Source: Klebsormidium nitens (taxonomy: Eukaryota; Plantae; Klebsormidiophyceae). From it: a stretch of DNA of 63,610 nt. Shown piece by piece: positions 12,174-26,463 of this stretch (position 1 is its first letter; every line of letters starts with the position of its first letter). The notes under the pieces are model-generated. The model saw only the letters and a program-made list of their open reading frames with translations. It ran no database searches and was not told where the DNA came from. The translations under genes and the position numbers were made by a program. The stretch spans positions 66,556 to 130,165 of the forward strand of contig DF237000.1 in assembly GCA_000708835.1 (NCBI GenBank), written 5' to 3'.

Positions 12174-15100
12174 TCAATACACACGGGCCTTTGGTGGTAC
12201 ATACTCCATCTCGTCGTCCAGGGGGTGGCTGTGAACCGGCCTATAATCGAGCTCCACCTTCCCATCCTTCCAGAAAGCGACGGTGTGCTTCATCCAATGC
12301 TCATCGTCCCTCTTTGTGAAGTCCTCCCGAGCGTGTGCTCCGCGGCTCTCCTTGCGGGCTTCGGCAGAGTGCATGGTGATGGACGCGTTGATCAACAGGT
12401 TCTCCAGCTCCAGCGTCTCGGTGAGATCAGTGTTCCTGATCAAAGAAGTTGGACAACATCAGCCAACGGTCCTGACGCATAAGAGCTTAACAACGACTCA
12501 TGCTTTGACAGCGTGCGATTCGCTGAATGCCTCAGACAGGAAGCGTGAATCCAGGTCCGCAATGTACCTTCAGGGCGGCAGCACTGCCATGACCCTTCAA
12601 ACAGCCTGTCAAAATACGCACTGAAAAAGGATTTTGCCGAGGCAACTCGACGTTCTGGGTTATGCACTAAAGAACGCACCAGGATAAGTAACGCCGAGAG
12701 AATTTATGAGCCGCTTGCAAGCCAAGCTAAGACATCAAATCGACCACACCCCCGCTCAAAAAGAAGGCTCGGAGCAGACCTGTCCATACTATTTTGCAGA
12801 GGCGACAAGCACCGAAGCACGTTCTAAATGGGCAGCACATCAACAATCGCCATTGCCGTCATACCTCGAAACCTGACAGGCGGACAAGAGAAACAACACG
12901 ATTCTACACAAGAGACGGACACCCCACACACCTGACGTTACAACACCGCGCACACGAACAAAAGACACACATCACACACCCTCACAAACAACTCAAGGTT
13001 GTAGAACTACCTCTGCCAATGGTTCCGGTCGGCGTCATCATCAGAACACGCTCGTCACTGAAACGGCAACTCCAAAACCGCAATCCCAGCGCCAACTAGA
13101 ACCTCGTTACTTGCAAACAGAGAATGAAGTACGAACTACCTAAGAGATAAACCAAGGGCCCACAGACATCCGGACAACCGCATTCTAAACCATACAAAGA
13201 TCAACCAAGGGCTCACCAGACAAGGCTCCGGTCGGCCGTCTTGACGCGCTCGTAGCTCTTGACCGTCTCGTCGATGAGTTGGCAGCCCTCCTCGAGCGTC
13301 TCCTGCGTGCGGAACACGGCCGCGTTGTTCTGCATCACGCGCTGCATGCGGTTCCGAATCTCTGCGGTGGTCAGGTCGCCTGACGCGAAGCGCACGCGGT
13401 CGAGCGCCGCGATCGTCGCCTCGCCGGCGTTCTTGGGGAGGGGCTTGTGGGACGCGCCTGCAGTGGCATTTTGCAGGACGTCAATGATTGACGTATGTAG
13501 CGAGTATGAGGCGTAGAAACTGGTGTGAAAACGGGTTTTAAAGAGAGCAGCCAGGATGGATATGGGAAAGACGACAGTCCAAGAAGAGAAAGGATAAACA
13601 TGTTTCGTGTTCAATCACGTAGAGCACTTGACTAAGTAAAACCCTGCAACCTGGTGTGCAAGCCGGTCGAATGAGCGAGTGACGTGGCGATGTGTGTGGA
13701 ATGCAAAACCAGTCGGATATAGTCTTGAGGCTAATCACGGAGACGTTTGAAGGGTACGTGAACCGGCTCCTTCAACATGCCTGCCGCTTTTTCTAGAACC
13801 AGCTTATCAGCACGTCTGTCATCAAGGTAAACCGTACTCACATGCGATGTCAATGGTACATATGTGACCTTGGGCCAGTCTGCCGTTACCAAAGTCCTGA
13901 CAGCGGGCTTTTCAACAATTCGGACGGACGCAATTTCCTGTCTTGATTGATGATGAGCAGCAAAGAAAGACCTCAAACTTGCTGACATGGGAGCGCACCT
14001 TCAAGCACCTAAACCAGAAGCTTCATCCATGGACCGACCTTGTCACTTTTCCGCAAGTGCAATCCATTCAGCGACTGCACCTCACAGTAAACCCAAAACC
14101 CCCAGACTCTCCACCCACCTGGCTTGTGCTTCTCCGCAACCCGCAGCCCGCACGCCCGCCCAAAGACGACGATGTCCAGCAGCGAGTTCGCGCCCAGCCG
14201 GTTCGCGCCGTGCACCGACGCGCACGCGGCCTCGCCGGCGGCCATCAGGCCCGGGACCAGTGCGTCAGGGTCGCCCTTCTTGGGATTGACCACCTCGCCG
14301 TGGTAGTTAGTGGGAATACCCCCCATGTTGTAGTGCACGGTTGGAAGGACGGGGATGGGCTCCTTGGTGACGTCAACGCCGGCAAAGATGGCGGCGGTTT
14401 CGGAGATGCCGGGAAGGCGCTCTTTTAGGACCTCGGGGGGGAGGTGGTTCAGGTGGAGGTAGATGTGGTCCTTCAGGGGGCCTGCCAGAGGAAACATGCA
14501 TGTTGCTTTTCGCGCTTCAAATAGGGGTCGGTGGACAAAATTCTTCGGGATCAATCCAGTGTCAAGAACATGGTGAAACGCAAAGAACGGGAACCTCTCC
14601 TATCGAAGCACAGACTTCTGCTCTTCGCATAGCAGCCTTACCAACTCCGCGCCCCTCCCGGATCTCCATCGTCATCGACCGGGACACCACGTCTCTCGAC
14701 GCCAGATCCTTCGCCGTTGGGGCATACCGCTCCATGAACCGCTCGCCCTCGCTGTTCCTCAAGATACCGCCCTCTCCTCGGGAGCCCTCGGTGATGAGGC
14801 AACCGGCGCCGTAGATACCGGTAGGATGGAATTGGACGAACTCAAGGTCCTGCAAGTGATACCAGAGACACGAGACTTGTTGAACTGGAAGAACGAAGAG
14901 AGAAGAGTTAGAATAGTCGAAGTGGAGTAGAATGGAGTAGGCGACCGTGGGCAAGAAGCGAGCGAGCGAGCCTGGTTTGAAAATCATTTCCTTGGGGACT
15001 ATGCAGGAGCTCGTTCGTGGACGAAACTACCATTTTGGCGCGGCTGATGATGTTGCAGACAGTAATTCCTCTTCAGACTACTGTGAACGCGCCAAGCCCA

Positions 15101-18087
15101 TGACTTAACAAACCTAAACACTGCTCTTTCCTTTTGAGAAATTAGAAACAATCCGCGCTTCCATGAGTTTCAGAACGCCGTCAATGCTTGTTTGCGCAAT
15201 CTGGAGTCATACAGCACTCTGAAGCTTGCGTGTAAACTTGATAGACCAATCCTATTTCGCTTGTTCTTTTCCTTCCTACAAGGCAGGAACAAAACTGTCC
15301 ACTTCCTCTCAGGAACAAATCGTCCCTGCTACATCGCAGAAGGAGACCCACCTGGAGGGGGATCCCCGCACGGGCAGCCATCGCGTTCCCGTCGCCCGTG
15401 CACGTGTGCGCTGACGTCGCTGAGAAGTAGGCGCGGCCATAGCCGCCGGTCGTCAGGATCGTCTCGTGAGCCCGGAAGCGGTGGATCGTCCCGTCCTCCA
15501 TGTTGAGAGCGATGACGCCGCGGCAGGAGCCGTCCTCGTCCATGATCAGGTCGAGAGCGAAGAACTCGACGAAGAACTGCGTGTTGTGACGCAGCGCCTG
15601 GCCGTACAGGGTGTGCAGCAGGGCGTGACCGGTGCGGTCGGCGGCAGCCGCGCACCTGAAGAATAAGCGAAACAAGAGGACGTTGGTGACGGCCTCGCAA
15701 GTAAGAAATATGATGTAAACTTTTGACTAGAAGAAGCTACGATCAGGCATGATTTTATACACGAGGAACTGTGACTGCGGGAGTCTACAGCAGGGCGAGC
15801 TGGTGGCGGTCGGCAGGGCCATATTCCTGCAAAGTGAGGTTTTATAATGGAAAAGGACGACAAGTTAAAAGAGAAACTACAATCGAAGGACCAACCTTCT
15901 ATGAATTGAGGAATTGAAGATACAGCAGAGTCGATGCCCACAATCCCGTCCATTCGAATCCTTCAAACCAAGTCGGTCTCACTCATCCCTATGTATTTGT
16001 TCATATGACTCGTTCCCGATCCTGGCCGAGACCTTGCTCCCATAACAACCTCTGCGTATTCTAGTCCAACCAGTCAGAATCGTACATAGTCGGAACGCAC
16101 CTGTATGCCTGACCACCCTTGCCGAACTCAAGGCTCTGGCCACCGAACGCGCGCTGATAGATCTTGCCCTCATCCGTCCGGGAAAACGGCAGCCCGTAGT
16201 TCTCCAGCTCGTACACCGCCTTTGGGGCCTCTCTGCACATGTATTGGATGGCATCCTGATCGCCCAGCCAGTCACTGCCCTTGATTGTGTCGTATGCGTG
16301 CCACCGCCAGTCGTCCTCGCTCATGTTGCCAAGGGCAGCGTTGATGCCCCCCTGCACAATAAGCAAATGCGGGCAGATGTTCATATGTTGCTAGCAACAA
16401 TATGACTAATCAGAAGTAAAAGCTATTGCTGAGGCTCCATGAGAATAGTGAAACGCCCCGCGTTGAACCACCGCCAGTCATTCGAGCCCCGGCCAGGAAT
16501 GCAGCACACACCTTTCTTTCTTCCTCTCTTTCAATGAGGACAGGAGCCTAAGGTGCCTAAGTGGAAAAGTGGCAACCTGCCAAGAAGCCACTTTCCTGTG
16601 ACTTACTGAAAAAGCGAAAACTGGGGAAGCAAGGGTTTCACAACTTGTAACGTGTTTCTTTAATTTCCAAGTGGCAGCAACACTGTTAACCTCATCAGTA
16701 TGCAACATTGACAAGATGGGTCTGATGAGGCCTAACTTTGCAGCGCAAATCGCGATCTTACAATAGAGCCTCCTCCGAACACTTTTTTCTGTTTTTGGTC
16801 AGCTTTCTGGGCAACCGAAGCACCAAGCAGACACACGCTTTAGTCAAGAACTACAATATTACATGAAGTTCAACAAAAAATCCTCCCACATCAAAGAATA
16901 ACAGCAACAATGAGCCTTCACCTGTGCGGCCACCGTGTGGGATCTTGTCGGAAAGAGCTTTGTGATGCAGGCAGTGTTGAAGCCTCCTTCAGACAATCCA
17001 ATAGCGGCCCTCAGTCCCGCACCACCGGCTCCCACAACCACCGCATCATAAGTATGGTCCACAATCGGGTAGGCGGCAGGTCCACCAGCCTGCAGACAAC
17101 AAGTCACAGTTTCGATGAAGCAAGTTAACGATCAACCCTGGTATATCGTTCTGAAGAAAATGTACGGCGTTGACTGCACAGCGCAACCACTTTCTGCATG
17201 AGATGAGACAAGGAGTCTGGAAACATGAATTGAAATAATACATCTTAACTTCTTCTGTTCTAGTTGGATCCGCTTAACTTGTTATGCAAGTCAGCTCAAC
17301 TTTTTGGCCTAATCCCTCCATCACATCCAAGGTAAGAGGAGTGGTGTATGCCTTACAACAACTTGCCCTGGAAGCGTCAGGGAAACAAGGAAACATATGC
17401 TCAAAAGCATCGACCTCGACTCTCTTAGACGGAAAAAGTGGCGCTCTAATTATATTCCCAATCTACTCTCCTCTATCAAATGGATACTATGTACCTTCCT
17501 CAACGAAAGCACAGCAACAGGGATTGATTATCTTTCGCAATCAACTACAGCAACTCAACCACAGCAACCCAGTGGCTTGCTGCATGCAAAACTTCACAAC
17601 GTTTCCTTTGAACTCCTCATACCAATTTAAGGGGAAGGAAATAGTGGGCAAGAAGCGACAGAAGCTCAGTAGAAAACTCAATGGTGATTTTGAAAACAGG
17701 CTAGGAAAAGACATATTCACGTAGTTTTTTAATTTGGACCACCAATTATTCTTACTCAAGATGCTTGCAAAAAAAGTTTTGCAAGAGGGTGAGCAACACA
17801 ATCTGTGTGCTGTGGTGATTGATGAGTCATTTTGCCGTACATGGATGCAATAGAAGAAACAACCATACAGCACCCTCAAACCAGACAATCAAGCCAAACT
17901 TGGAATCAGACGACAACAACACTTGATTAGTATGCAATATCCAGTTTGTGAGACATACCTCATTTCTGGTGGTACTCGGAGCGCTGTTTGCGAGGATCCT
18001 CAGAGCAGGCCTGCTGGTGTGGAACGACCGCCCGCGGAGCTCGGTGCCTGCGACCGGCAGCAGCCGCGCCGCCACCTGCTTCAACAT
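12174..18087 (-). CDS. SDH1: Mitochondrial succinate dehydrogenase flavoprotein subunit, 8 exons
   Basis: Presequence-like exon 1 ([10 protein letters not shown]...[11 protein letters not shown]). Conserved motifs [87 protein letters not shown] and C-terminal PPKARVY*. Confidence 0.98.
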
Positions 18088-18832
18088 GGTGAAGCAGAAG
18101 CAAACAACCTAGACAAATCCTTGCAACACCAAAACCTTTCCTCGTCCTTTATTTCCACTTTCTCCTTGCAAATGTCAAACCTCAATCGTTGATGTGGGTG
18201 GCTACAATCTGCGCCGAAAACCTCCTCGCTGACAAGGTATTCACTGATCCACAGACGCACAGACTTTCACGCCCCTTCAATCCAGAAAAGAGAAGGCTAC
18301 CAATGGCCCAAGCACGGGCCACCCTAATCCTGAGCTGCAGTGTGCGCTTGCTGATCTCTCTAGAGTGCTGCTTCTGCGCTGGCAGACGTGGCCGCACCTG
18401 AACTGCGTCAGCTAGGGGATAGAACTAGAGGCGAATCTGAGGAGCGGGGCCTGCTTGATATATCCTACCACTGTTGAAAAATTGCTGACCTGTGAGCATT
18501 GGACCCGTCGATGAACAGCAGCTGCCATTTGACGCTTCAGATGGTGACTGGATTCGAAGACCTAACTTCACCAACTTTTTAGGGTTCTAAATCTCAGACT
18601 CAGAGTGGCAGCCTTACAAGTTACAAGTAATACAGCAGCAGCTCATTGGTCCCTGTACGTGAGTTCCTCTTCGCCTTCCGTACTTCCAACTTCTAAGCTG
18701 ACCCTTGAGCATCTGGCATCTATCCATCTCTGCCCCAGTCTCTCTTTCTTCCCGCTAGTTGCGCTCGGTAGCAGCTCAATAAAGATTTGGTTTGCTCAAT
18801 CAAAGAAAGCGCGGTTCGCAAAAGTAGCAATC
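18088..18832. promoter_or_regulatory. Short divergent intergenic region (likely bidirectional promoter) between SDH1 and ALDH7
   Basis: The ATGs at 18087 (-) and 18833 (+) point away from each other about 745 bp apart, and this space must include both 5' UTRs. Confidence 0.55.
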
Positions 18833-21800
18833 ATGGCGGCTGTGGAGAACGGGATGGGAAACAGCGAGCTCCTTGGACAGCATGCTTTCCTGGCCGGTAC
18901 GTTGGCAGCGCTTTCGTTTGATTTCGATAGGAATCCTTGGTTGTACGAGTTGAGCTGACCTCTGTAGCTCAAGTGAGAGCTTCAGTTGACAAAGCTTTTC
19001 TGAAAGAGCAGCTGTCGAGTTTCCACGTTATTAGTAATTGTCTTGTGATTTTTGGACCGATGCATTTGTATCAGCAGTGTCCTGCTTTTTCACCCTCAAG
19101 CACCTGAGGTTCTACTCAAGAATGATATGAGTGTGAGGAGGGAAGCCTGTCAGCACTCTGATGGCCATCGTTTGCGTCGTCCATGTTCCTGATATCTGTG
19201 TGATTTCTGGGAAAACTCTAATGGAAACCCTTATGCGAAAGTCATATTAGCAAACCTCCAGCTACCTGGTTTGGTCTTTAATCGCCTGACTACTAACCAC
19301 TAGGTGCAGACCAAGGGGTCATGATGCACCACCAAAAAAGCTTTAAGAAAAAGTGTATTCACGCAGTCAGTCAGACCAGTGACATCGGATCAGTGGATGA
19401 TTTTGATGTGATTGCTTTGGCTCAGAGACCTTGTCCTCGGACATACTTTTTAAAGCACAAAACACCACTCTAAATGGCTACTGACAAAGAGTTGGGACTG
19501 CGATTTGTCAGCTTTTACTTTTAGAAATATGGTAAGAAGTCTCGCTCATCTTGGCTGCCAAAATTGTGGTCTGCAAAGTACTGACAGGATCAAGCTTTGC
19601 AAACAAGAATGTCCTTGTACGGATGCAGACCTTGGCATCCAGGCTCACAACCCCGGCGTCTTCGGTGGCTCTGCCGTGGGAGGCGCTTGGAGCGGTTCAG
19701 GCCCTGTCATCACCTCAGTCAGCCCCAGCAACAACAAACCTATCGCCACAGTCCAAGAAGGCTCTGTTCAAGACTATGAAGAAGCACTGAATGCGTGCGA
19801 GAGTGCCAAGGCGACATGGATGGCTGTTCCTGCACCCAAGAGGGGCGAGATTGTGCGTCAGATTGGGGATGCATTGAGAGCGAAGTTGGCCCAGCTTGGG
19901 CGGCTTGTGAGCCTGGAGTGTGGGAAGATCCTGCCAGAGGGCATAGGGGAGGTTCAGGTGAGCGGGACCGCTTTAGTCTTCGCTTTTAAAACGAAAACTT
20001 GATGTTACTTGTAGCAGAGGTTTGTTTTATAGCTCATCAATTCATTTCCAAGCTTTGTGCAGTTTTGGTCTTAGCTGCGATCCTGACTGTGATCCTGACA
20101 GTGATTATGACTGTGATCCTGACTGAGAAAGGAGGATACTCACAGCTCAAGGATCTTATAACACTTAATCGGAACCATTTCGTACAAGTTGGCTGGATTA
20201 GAGCTGGGGTTTCCGCACATGTGTTCTAAGGTGACACGGTGGTTGCGGTGGTTGGTATGATTTGGAGTGAAGGACTCAAGCACACAACAAAGAAAGCTGG
20301 CCAAATTTTGCAAAAAGGAGGCACAGAATGACGGGACTTCGAAGTGATGTGACAAACTCCAATCTCTCTGAACACGAGTCAGCAATTTCACCTGCCCTCA
20401 CCACCGTCTTGGCAGGCATTTGTAGATACTGACATCTGTGCTTCGGGACCGGCCCGCAATCAAACTAAAGGGTTTTCAGAACGTTTCCTGAGCAGGAGTG
20501 CGCGGCCATAGGCGACAGGCCTGCGCTGCGTTTCAAAGGATGCAGGAAAGATGATCCCCTCTGGTTGCTGATTCATCTTCTGACACGTGTCCTCACATGA
20601 TTGGCAGGAGTTTGTGGACATCTGCGACTACGCGGTGGGGCTGAGCCGCATGCTGAACGGCGCCGTGCTGCCCTCCGAGCGGCCCAGCCACTTCATGATG
20701 GAGCAGTGGCATCCGCTCGGGATCGTGGGCGTCATCTCTGCTTTCAACTTCCCGAACGCGGTCCTTGGGTGGAACGCTGCCATCGCATTAGTGACAGGAA
20801 ACCTTGTTGTCTGGTAAGCAATAAACTGTTCTTCAACAAAGTCACTTCCTACATAAGTCCTTCCTCGCGCTCAGTGTACACGGTTCTTGGGCGGAACGTC
20901 CTCATTTCAAAGGTGACAAAGATCGTCGTGGTCTGGGGTCTTGAAAATACCCTTTCTTTGTCCTTTTTTCCCTCCTATAAAAGCTCTCCCGATCTCTTCG
21001 CATCAATGTCTGTTGCTTCTACCAGCCATTTCAGTTGATTGCTCTACCCCCGATTTTGAAAATTCGTTTTTATGTCAATGTTGAGGGCAAAGAAGTTGCA
21101 GACAAAGCAACCAAGTAACAGCAGGGGTTTTTGACAAAGAAGTTCGTTCGAGGTCATCAAAGTTTGTTGGTCGATTAGGAAAGGCGCCCCAACGACGTCC
21201 CTGTTCATGGTCTCCACGGCCAGAATCTTGAGGAAAACAAGGTTTCCAGGAACTCGGCATCAGCTGTTTTCGGAATAGGAATGATCATAAAAAGCGACAC
21301 ATGATTCACCGTTTGACGTCACTGAGGTTTGTTTCTGTTTACAGGAAAGGGGCTCCGACGACGTCCCTCATTACCGTCGCCACGACCAAGATCATCGCCG
21401 AGGTGCTGAAGAGAAACGGGCTGCCGGGCGCGATCTTCACCTGCGTATGTGGAGGAGCGGAGATTGGGACGGCTATGGCAGAAGGTGGGTGAAAGACGCA
21501 CGTTCCGTTCCGTTTCGACACAAAGAAGCATCAAGGCTGGGCGTTCAGTCATGACCAGCGAAAGGTTGCTGTATAAGAGTTTAGGTTTCAACATGTCAAG
21601 AATTGCGAGTCTTCCTTCCGCCTCGTGTCGGACAAGCTGTCCTTGTCCGCTTCGGTAAGGACAGCGGCTGGAGCCGAGACCGACTTAGTTAGGACAAACG
21701 GAAATAGAGACTAAAAGAGGAACCAGCTTAGACGGCTCAATTCGTTCAGCGTGGGTATAGACCCAGAGCAAGCAAGGCTGGAGCCTACAGTTTTCAGTGC

Positions 21801-24800
21801 AAGTTTGTGAGTAACGTCGTTTTGGAGCTTACAGTTCCGCACAGATTGGAGTCCGCTGTGCACGATTTACAGTTGTCATTGTAAACGCTCCTGCTTATTA
21901 CGATTTGCAGACAAGCGCATCAATCTGCTGTCGTTTACGGGCAGTCCTCGCGTGGGTCAGCTGGTGCAGCAGAAAATAATGTAGCGTTGACAATATTGAA
22001 AAAGCATCTTCTCAGATCACTCCTGCGTACCGATTCTCGCAGACAAGCGCATCAACCTGCTATCGTTCACCAGCTCCCACGTGGGCCAGCTCGTTCAGTA
22101 GAAAGGATATCCGTGAGCGCGGGAGGTTTGGAAACATTTTGGTGTTCAACTCCTTCTCACCATTTCTCGCAGACAAGCGCATCGACTTTGCTGTCGTTTA
22201 CGGGCAGCTCTCGCGTGGTCTAGCTCGTTCAGCGGGAACGTCAATCTAGGAACACGGGATCTTTGGAAAAGCATTTTCTTTAACAACTCCTACTTGCTAC
22301 TTCTCGCAGACAAGCGCATCAATCTGATGTCGTTTACGGGCAGCTCCCACGTGGGCCAGCTGGTGCAGCAGAAGGTGGCCGCGCGCTTCGGGCGGTGCCT
22401 CCTCGAGCTGAGCGGCAACAACGCGATTGTGGTCATGGACGATGCGGACCTGCAGCTAGCCGCGCGAGCGACGCTGTTTGCGGCTGTGGGAACGGCGGGG
22501 CAGCGATGCACGACCTGCCGGTAAGCTGAAGTCATCTGGTTTCTCGGACTCTCTGGGACTCTGTTTTATCCAGCATATCAAGAAGAAGAGAACGATGGAG
22601 CGTGGTCATAGCCGATGCGGACCTGCAGCTCGCTGTGCGTGCGGTGCTGTTCGCGGTTGGGGGAGCGGCTGGTCAGCGATGCACGACGTGCCGGCAAAGT
22701 CGGTGCCTTTGATCTTCCCATTTCAAACCCTTTCAAAACTCCTGTATTTAGCACCGACTTTAATTTCGCTTATGGACGACGCGCACCTGAAAACTCGCCC
22801 CGCATGCTAAGCTAGTTGCGCTCGTGGGAACAGCGATGTACCATCTGCCGGTCAATAATCTGTTCGTGCGCGGTGGAAACTCCCCCAGTTTTTCTGCTTC
22901 GAAACATAGTCATCCGATGAAGACTTGACGTGGGTCGGCTGTGATACGTAGTCAACCGATATGGAGATTAAAAGTCGACGTGAGTGCGCTGGCCACTCTG
23001 TTCGCTGCGGTTGGGACGATGAGCGATGGACGGGATTTTGGACGGCTGCAGTTTGCTTCATCGGAGTTGGAGATCGATCCATTTTCCCTCTCTTCGCCGA
23101 GTTGAGAAGTTGCCTTCGGCGCTTTCGTGACCTTAGCCGACACCAACATGCAGCTGACTGCACGCGCGGTGCCTTCTTGCTGCATCAAAAAAGGGAGTAG
23201 ACGACGTTTTCGAAGTTCCGCCTCAAGGATTCCTCAAGCTGCGACCCAAAAACCGCCGGCATATATCAACAAATCAGCTATATTTCGTCCCCCAGGCGGT
23301 CATAGGGGCACTGGGGAGCATTCGACGCCCTCATCCCGCAGCTGCTGGAAGTACCTGCTTCAGCTGCGGCCGAAAAAGTCCGCGAAAGCCCCTTGTATTG
23401 GTTTGTAAACCCATCGCATATGCTCCACAGGCGGTTATACGTGCAAGAGGGTGCATACGACGCCCTCATTCCGCAGCTGCTGAAGGCGTATAAGCAGGTG
23501 CGGGCGGGGGATCCCCTGGAAGAAGGAACGTTGTTGGGGCCGCTTCACACCAAGGATTCCAAGACTCGGTTCCTCGACGGGATTGGGAAGATCAAAGCGC
23601 AGGTGAGATCTGACCCAATAAATTCTGAGGTGTTAGCTGGCAGGATGGTATGCTCGTACTCAGACCCTGAAGGTTCCGGGAGTTAAAATTTCGGCAAAGA
23701 GTGAACCTTTGAGAAGATCTGTAAGATTCACAAGAGTGGACACTTGGACGACACCCCCTGCAATACTTTTCTACGCAACTGCTGATCCGCGCCTTCATCA
23801 TGTCTTCGGGAATTGCGGTTAGCCCTTGTCGCGTTACCTTTGAATCCACTGAGGAACGGTTAATAAACCCTCCCTTGTCTTTACGATCCCTTCAGCCTCT
23901 TACCAAATGAGATGCTGTGATCTCTCTATCTATCTTCTGCAGAGTCTCGCTAATCAACTGTGAGTTCTCGTCCTTAGCTACCTGCAACTTCCCGTTAACC
24001 AGCTCATTCCTCATCTCTGAAGCCTGCAGGATTCTGCTGATGACCTTTAACCCTAATCGAGAAGCGCCTGGCAGAAGACGAGATTACTGCTCATGCTCTC
24101 ACGCAACGTGACCCTTGGCCGTGTCCGGTTGGTTAACTCCCATCAACTGACCGAGTTCATTCCGCAGGGCATCTTCTAACAGACTCGTAATCTTTTTCTC
24201 AACCTCTAACCTTTTCCTTAACCCCTCTAGGGCGGGAAGATCCTGACGGGCGGTGCCAGGATCGACCGCGAGGGGAACTACGTCGAAGCCACGATCGTCG
24301 AGATCGCAAACGACGCCGGGTGCGTGAAGGAAGAGCTGTTTGCGCCGGTTTTGTACGTGATGAAGTTCAAGACTTTGGAGGAGGCGATCGAGCTCAACAA
24401 TTCGGTGCCGCAGGGGCTGAGCAGCAGCATCTTCACGACCAACCCGGAGACCATCTTCAAGTGGACTGGGTAAGTTGTACTGAGTCTTTCACGTTCTCTC
24501 AGTTCGGGCTCCTTATATTTCCGTCCTCTCCCTCCGTTCTGCAGTGTGCCTGATTATTTGCTCAGAATGAGCTCCCGAGTCCACGGGGGTTGAGCAGCAG
24601 CATCTTTACGACGAACCCGGAGAGCCATTTTCAAATGGACTGGGTGGGTCTGCTTTTGGTCGTTTCGTTTACAACATCCTCGTAGCTAGGTTTCATGGTC
24701 TTGCTCCTTCCCTTTACCGCTCAGAGCAAAGCAACGAGTGGCGCGGGAGCTGGGCAGCAGCATCTTTACGACCTATCGCGGGACTATGTTTAAACCACGT

Positions 24801-25737
24801 CAGGTAACCGCGGGGCGAAGACCGTCTGGAAACCATCTGCAAGTAGACCGGATGAGTTTTTTCAGACCAAAAGCTCTTGTCCCCTCACTCTCTGTAGACT
24901 CGCAACGGCTGACTACTGCGACTGTCGCTTTGTCTAAATCAACATCCCAACTGAACCCGAGCGCTCTCGTAGAATCACTTTTTTCCAGGCACAATAGCCT
25001 CGACTGTAAGTGTCCCCGTTTCGACCCGTTTCAAACCGCTTTCCTCCCACGCTCACTCCTTGAGTCTTTCGGCGCTGCAGGCCGAACGGCAGCGATTGCG
25101 GCATCGTGAACGTCAACATCCCCACGAACGGCGCCGAGATCGGCGGCGCATTTGGCGGGGAGAAGGCGACGGGGGGCGGCCGCGAAGCCGGCAGCGACTC
25201 GTGGAAGCAGTACATGCGGCGAGCCACGTGGTGAGCGGCTGCGGCCCGAGCGTTCGCGAGAAGAGGCCCAATGACGTCAGCTGACGTCACGCAGCTAGGC
25301 ACCTACTCGTCGCAGCCTTTGTCAATCTAGTTTTACCAATCGACCGCCACGTTCCCGATGTTCCGGCCGGTTGAGTTCTGGCCGCTTTGCGTTCTGGCTT
25401 GTGCTGAGCCGTTCTTATGCAATTGGGGTAATTGCCGGGACTTTTGTCGCTCAGTTACACGGCAAACCTTTGATCCCTGGTTTGACGTTTGCGAGAATGC
25501 CGATCGGCAAGGGCTCTGTTTCAGCTTGCTTGTCCACCTAGTAAGGTGTGGTCTTGTTGAAGAGAGCGAATTGGCTGTGGATCAGAGCAACTCCTGTGGA
25601 TTTGGAGACGGTTTTCGGCGCAGGATGCAAAAATTGCTTACACGCGTCCATCGTTTCTGACTTCTGGTTCTACTTCTTGCAGTACGATCAACTACAGCAA
25701 GGACTTGCCTCTGGCTCAAGGGATTAAGTTCGAGTGA
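18833..25737 (+). CDS. ALDH7B4: Aldehyde dehydrogenase family 7 (antiquitin / alpha-aminoadipic semialdehyde dehydrogenase)
   Basis: Spliced exons give [73 protein letters not shown], catalytic [39 protein letters not shown] and PLAQGIKFE*. Confidence 0.97.
21170..25020 (+). repeat. Decayed copies of exon ends and splice junctions in ALDH7 introns
   Basis: gcagacaagcgcatc acceptor copies at about 21906, 22038 and 22167 precede the true one (~22306). Other copies at about 21175, 22610, 22790, 22990, 23110, 23290, 24575 and 24740. Confidence 0.9.
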
Positions 25738-26463
25738 CCCAAGTTTGCGGGAAGGTATTTTGCACGTTGAAGGAGCAGAGTAATCACACCCTCGCGGTTG
25801 TAACATATGAGACTCGTGAGCTTGAAGCTAGTGTATCAGGTTTACTGTTTAAGGTTTAGTTGCTTTGTAAAATCTCAATTCAGCCATTACTCAAGGCAAC
25901 ATCAGCGATAGACCCTTTGAGTTCCTACGCTCGCTTGTAACGGACGCTTTTGGTGCATGTAAAGGGACCGCAATTGTATCTGATCGGATGGACAGGCCCC
26001 GGGTTAGTGACGCTTACACCTGAATAGCTCATTGCCCTCTGCGGGCTCGCGAGTCACCGGCGTTCAGATTGTATACTCGAACTTACAAAGTTATTAGCTA
26101 GATGATCACTGTTGATCTGGCCAAGACTATCTGCTTGAGATAACAGCGTCCCGACTTTAACAATTAGCCTTTGAAGACTTTGCTTGCATGCTCCAAGTTG
26201 ACTAGCTGGCCTGCATACAACTGCATGTAACTTGTCGATAAATGCGGTGGCCATCGTAAGGCTAGTTGCAAACTTACTCGGAACGGGCCGAGTCGGCGGC
26301 CCGGCCGTTTGGCACTTCCGGCGCATGATTGGTTGCATGTCATGCAGGAATCACGGCTAATTGCAATCAATGCAGGCCGGCCAAGAGCTGCCAGGTGAGC
26401 TTCAATTCCGCGCGGCAACCTTGCATGTCCTATGTGAAGTTGCGTAGATCGGTGCATCGCATA

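Noticed and set aside
21900-22320. Regularly spaced repeats resembling a CRISPR array (also 54180-54630)
   Set aside because: The units are degenerate copies of the adjacent exon junction inside eukaryotic introns. There are no unique spacers between identical repeats and no cas genes.
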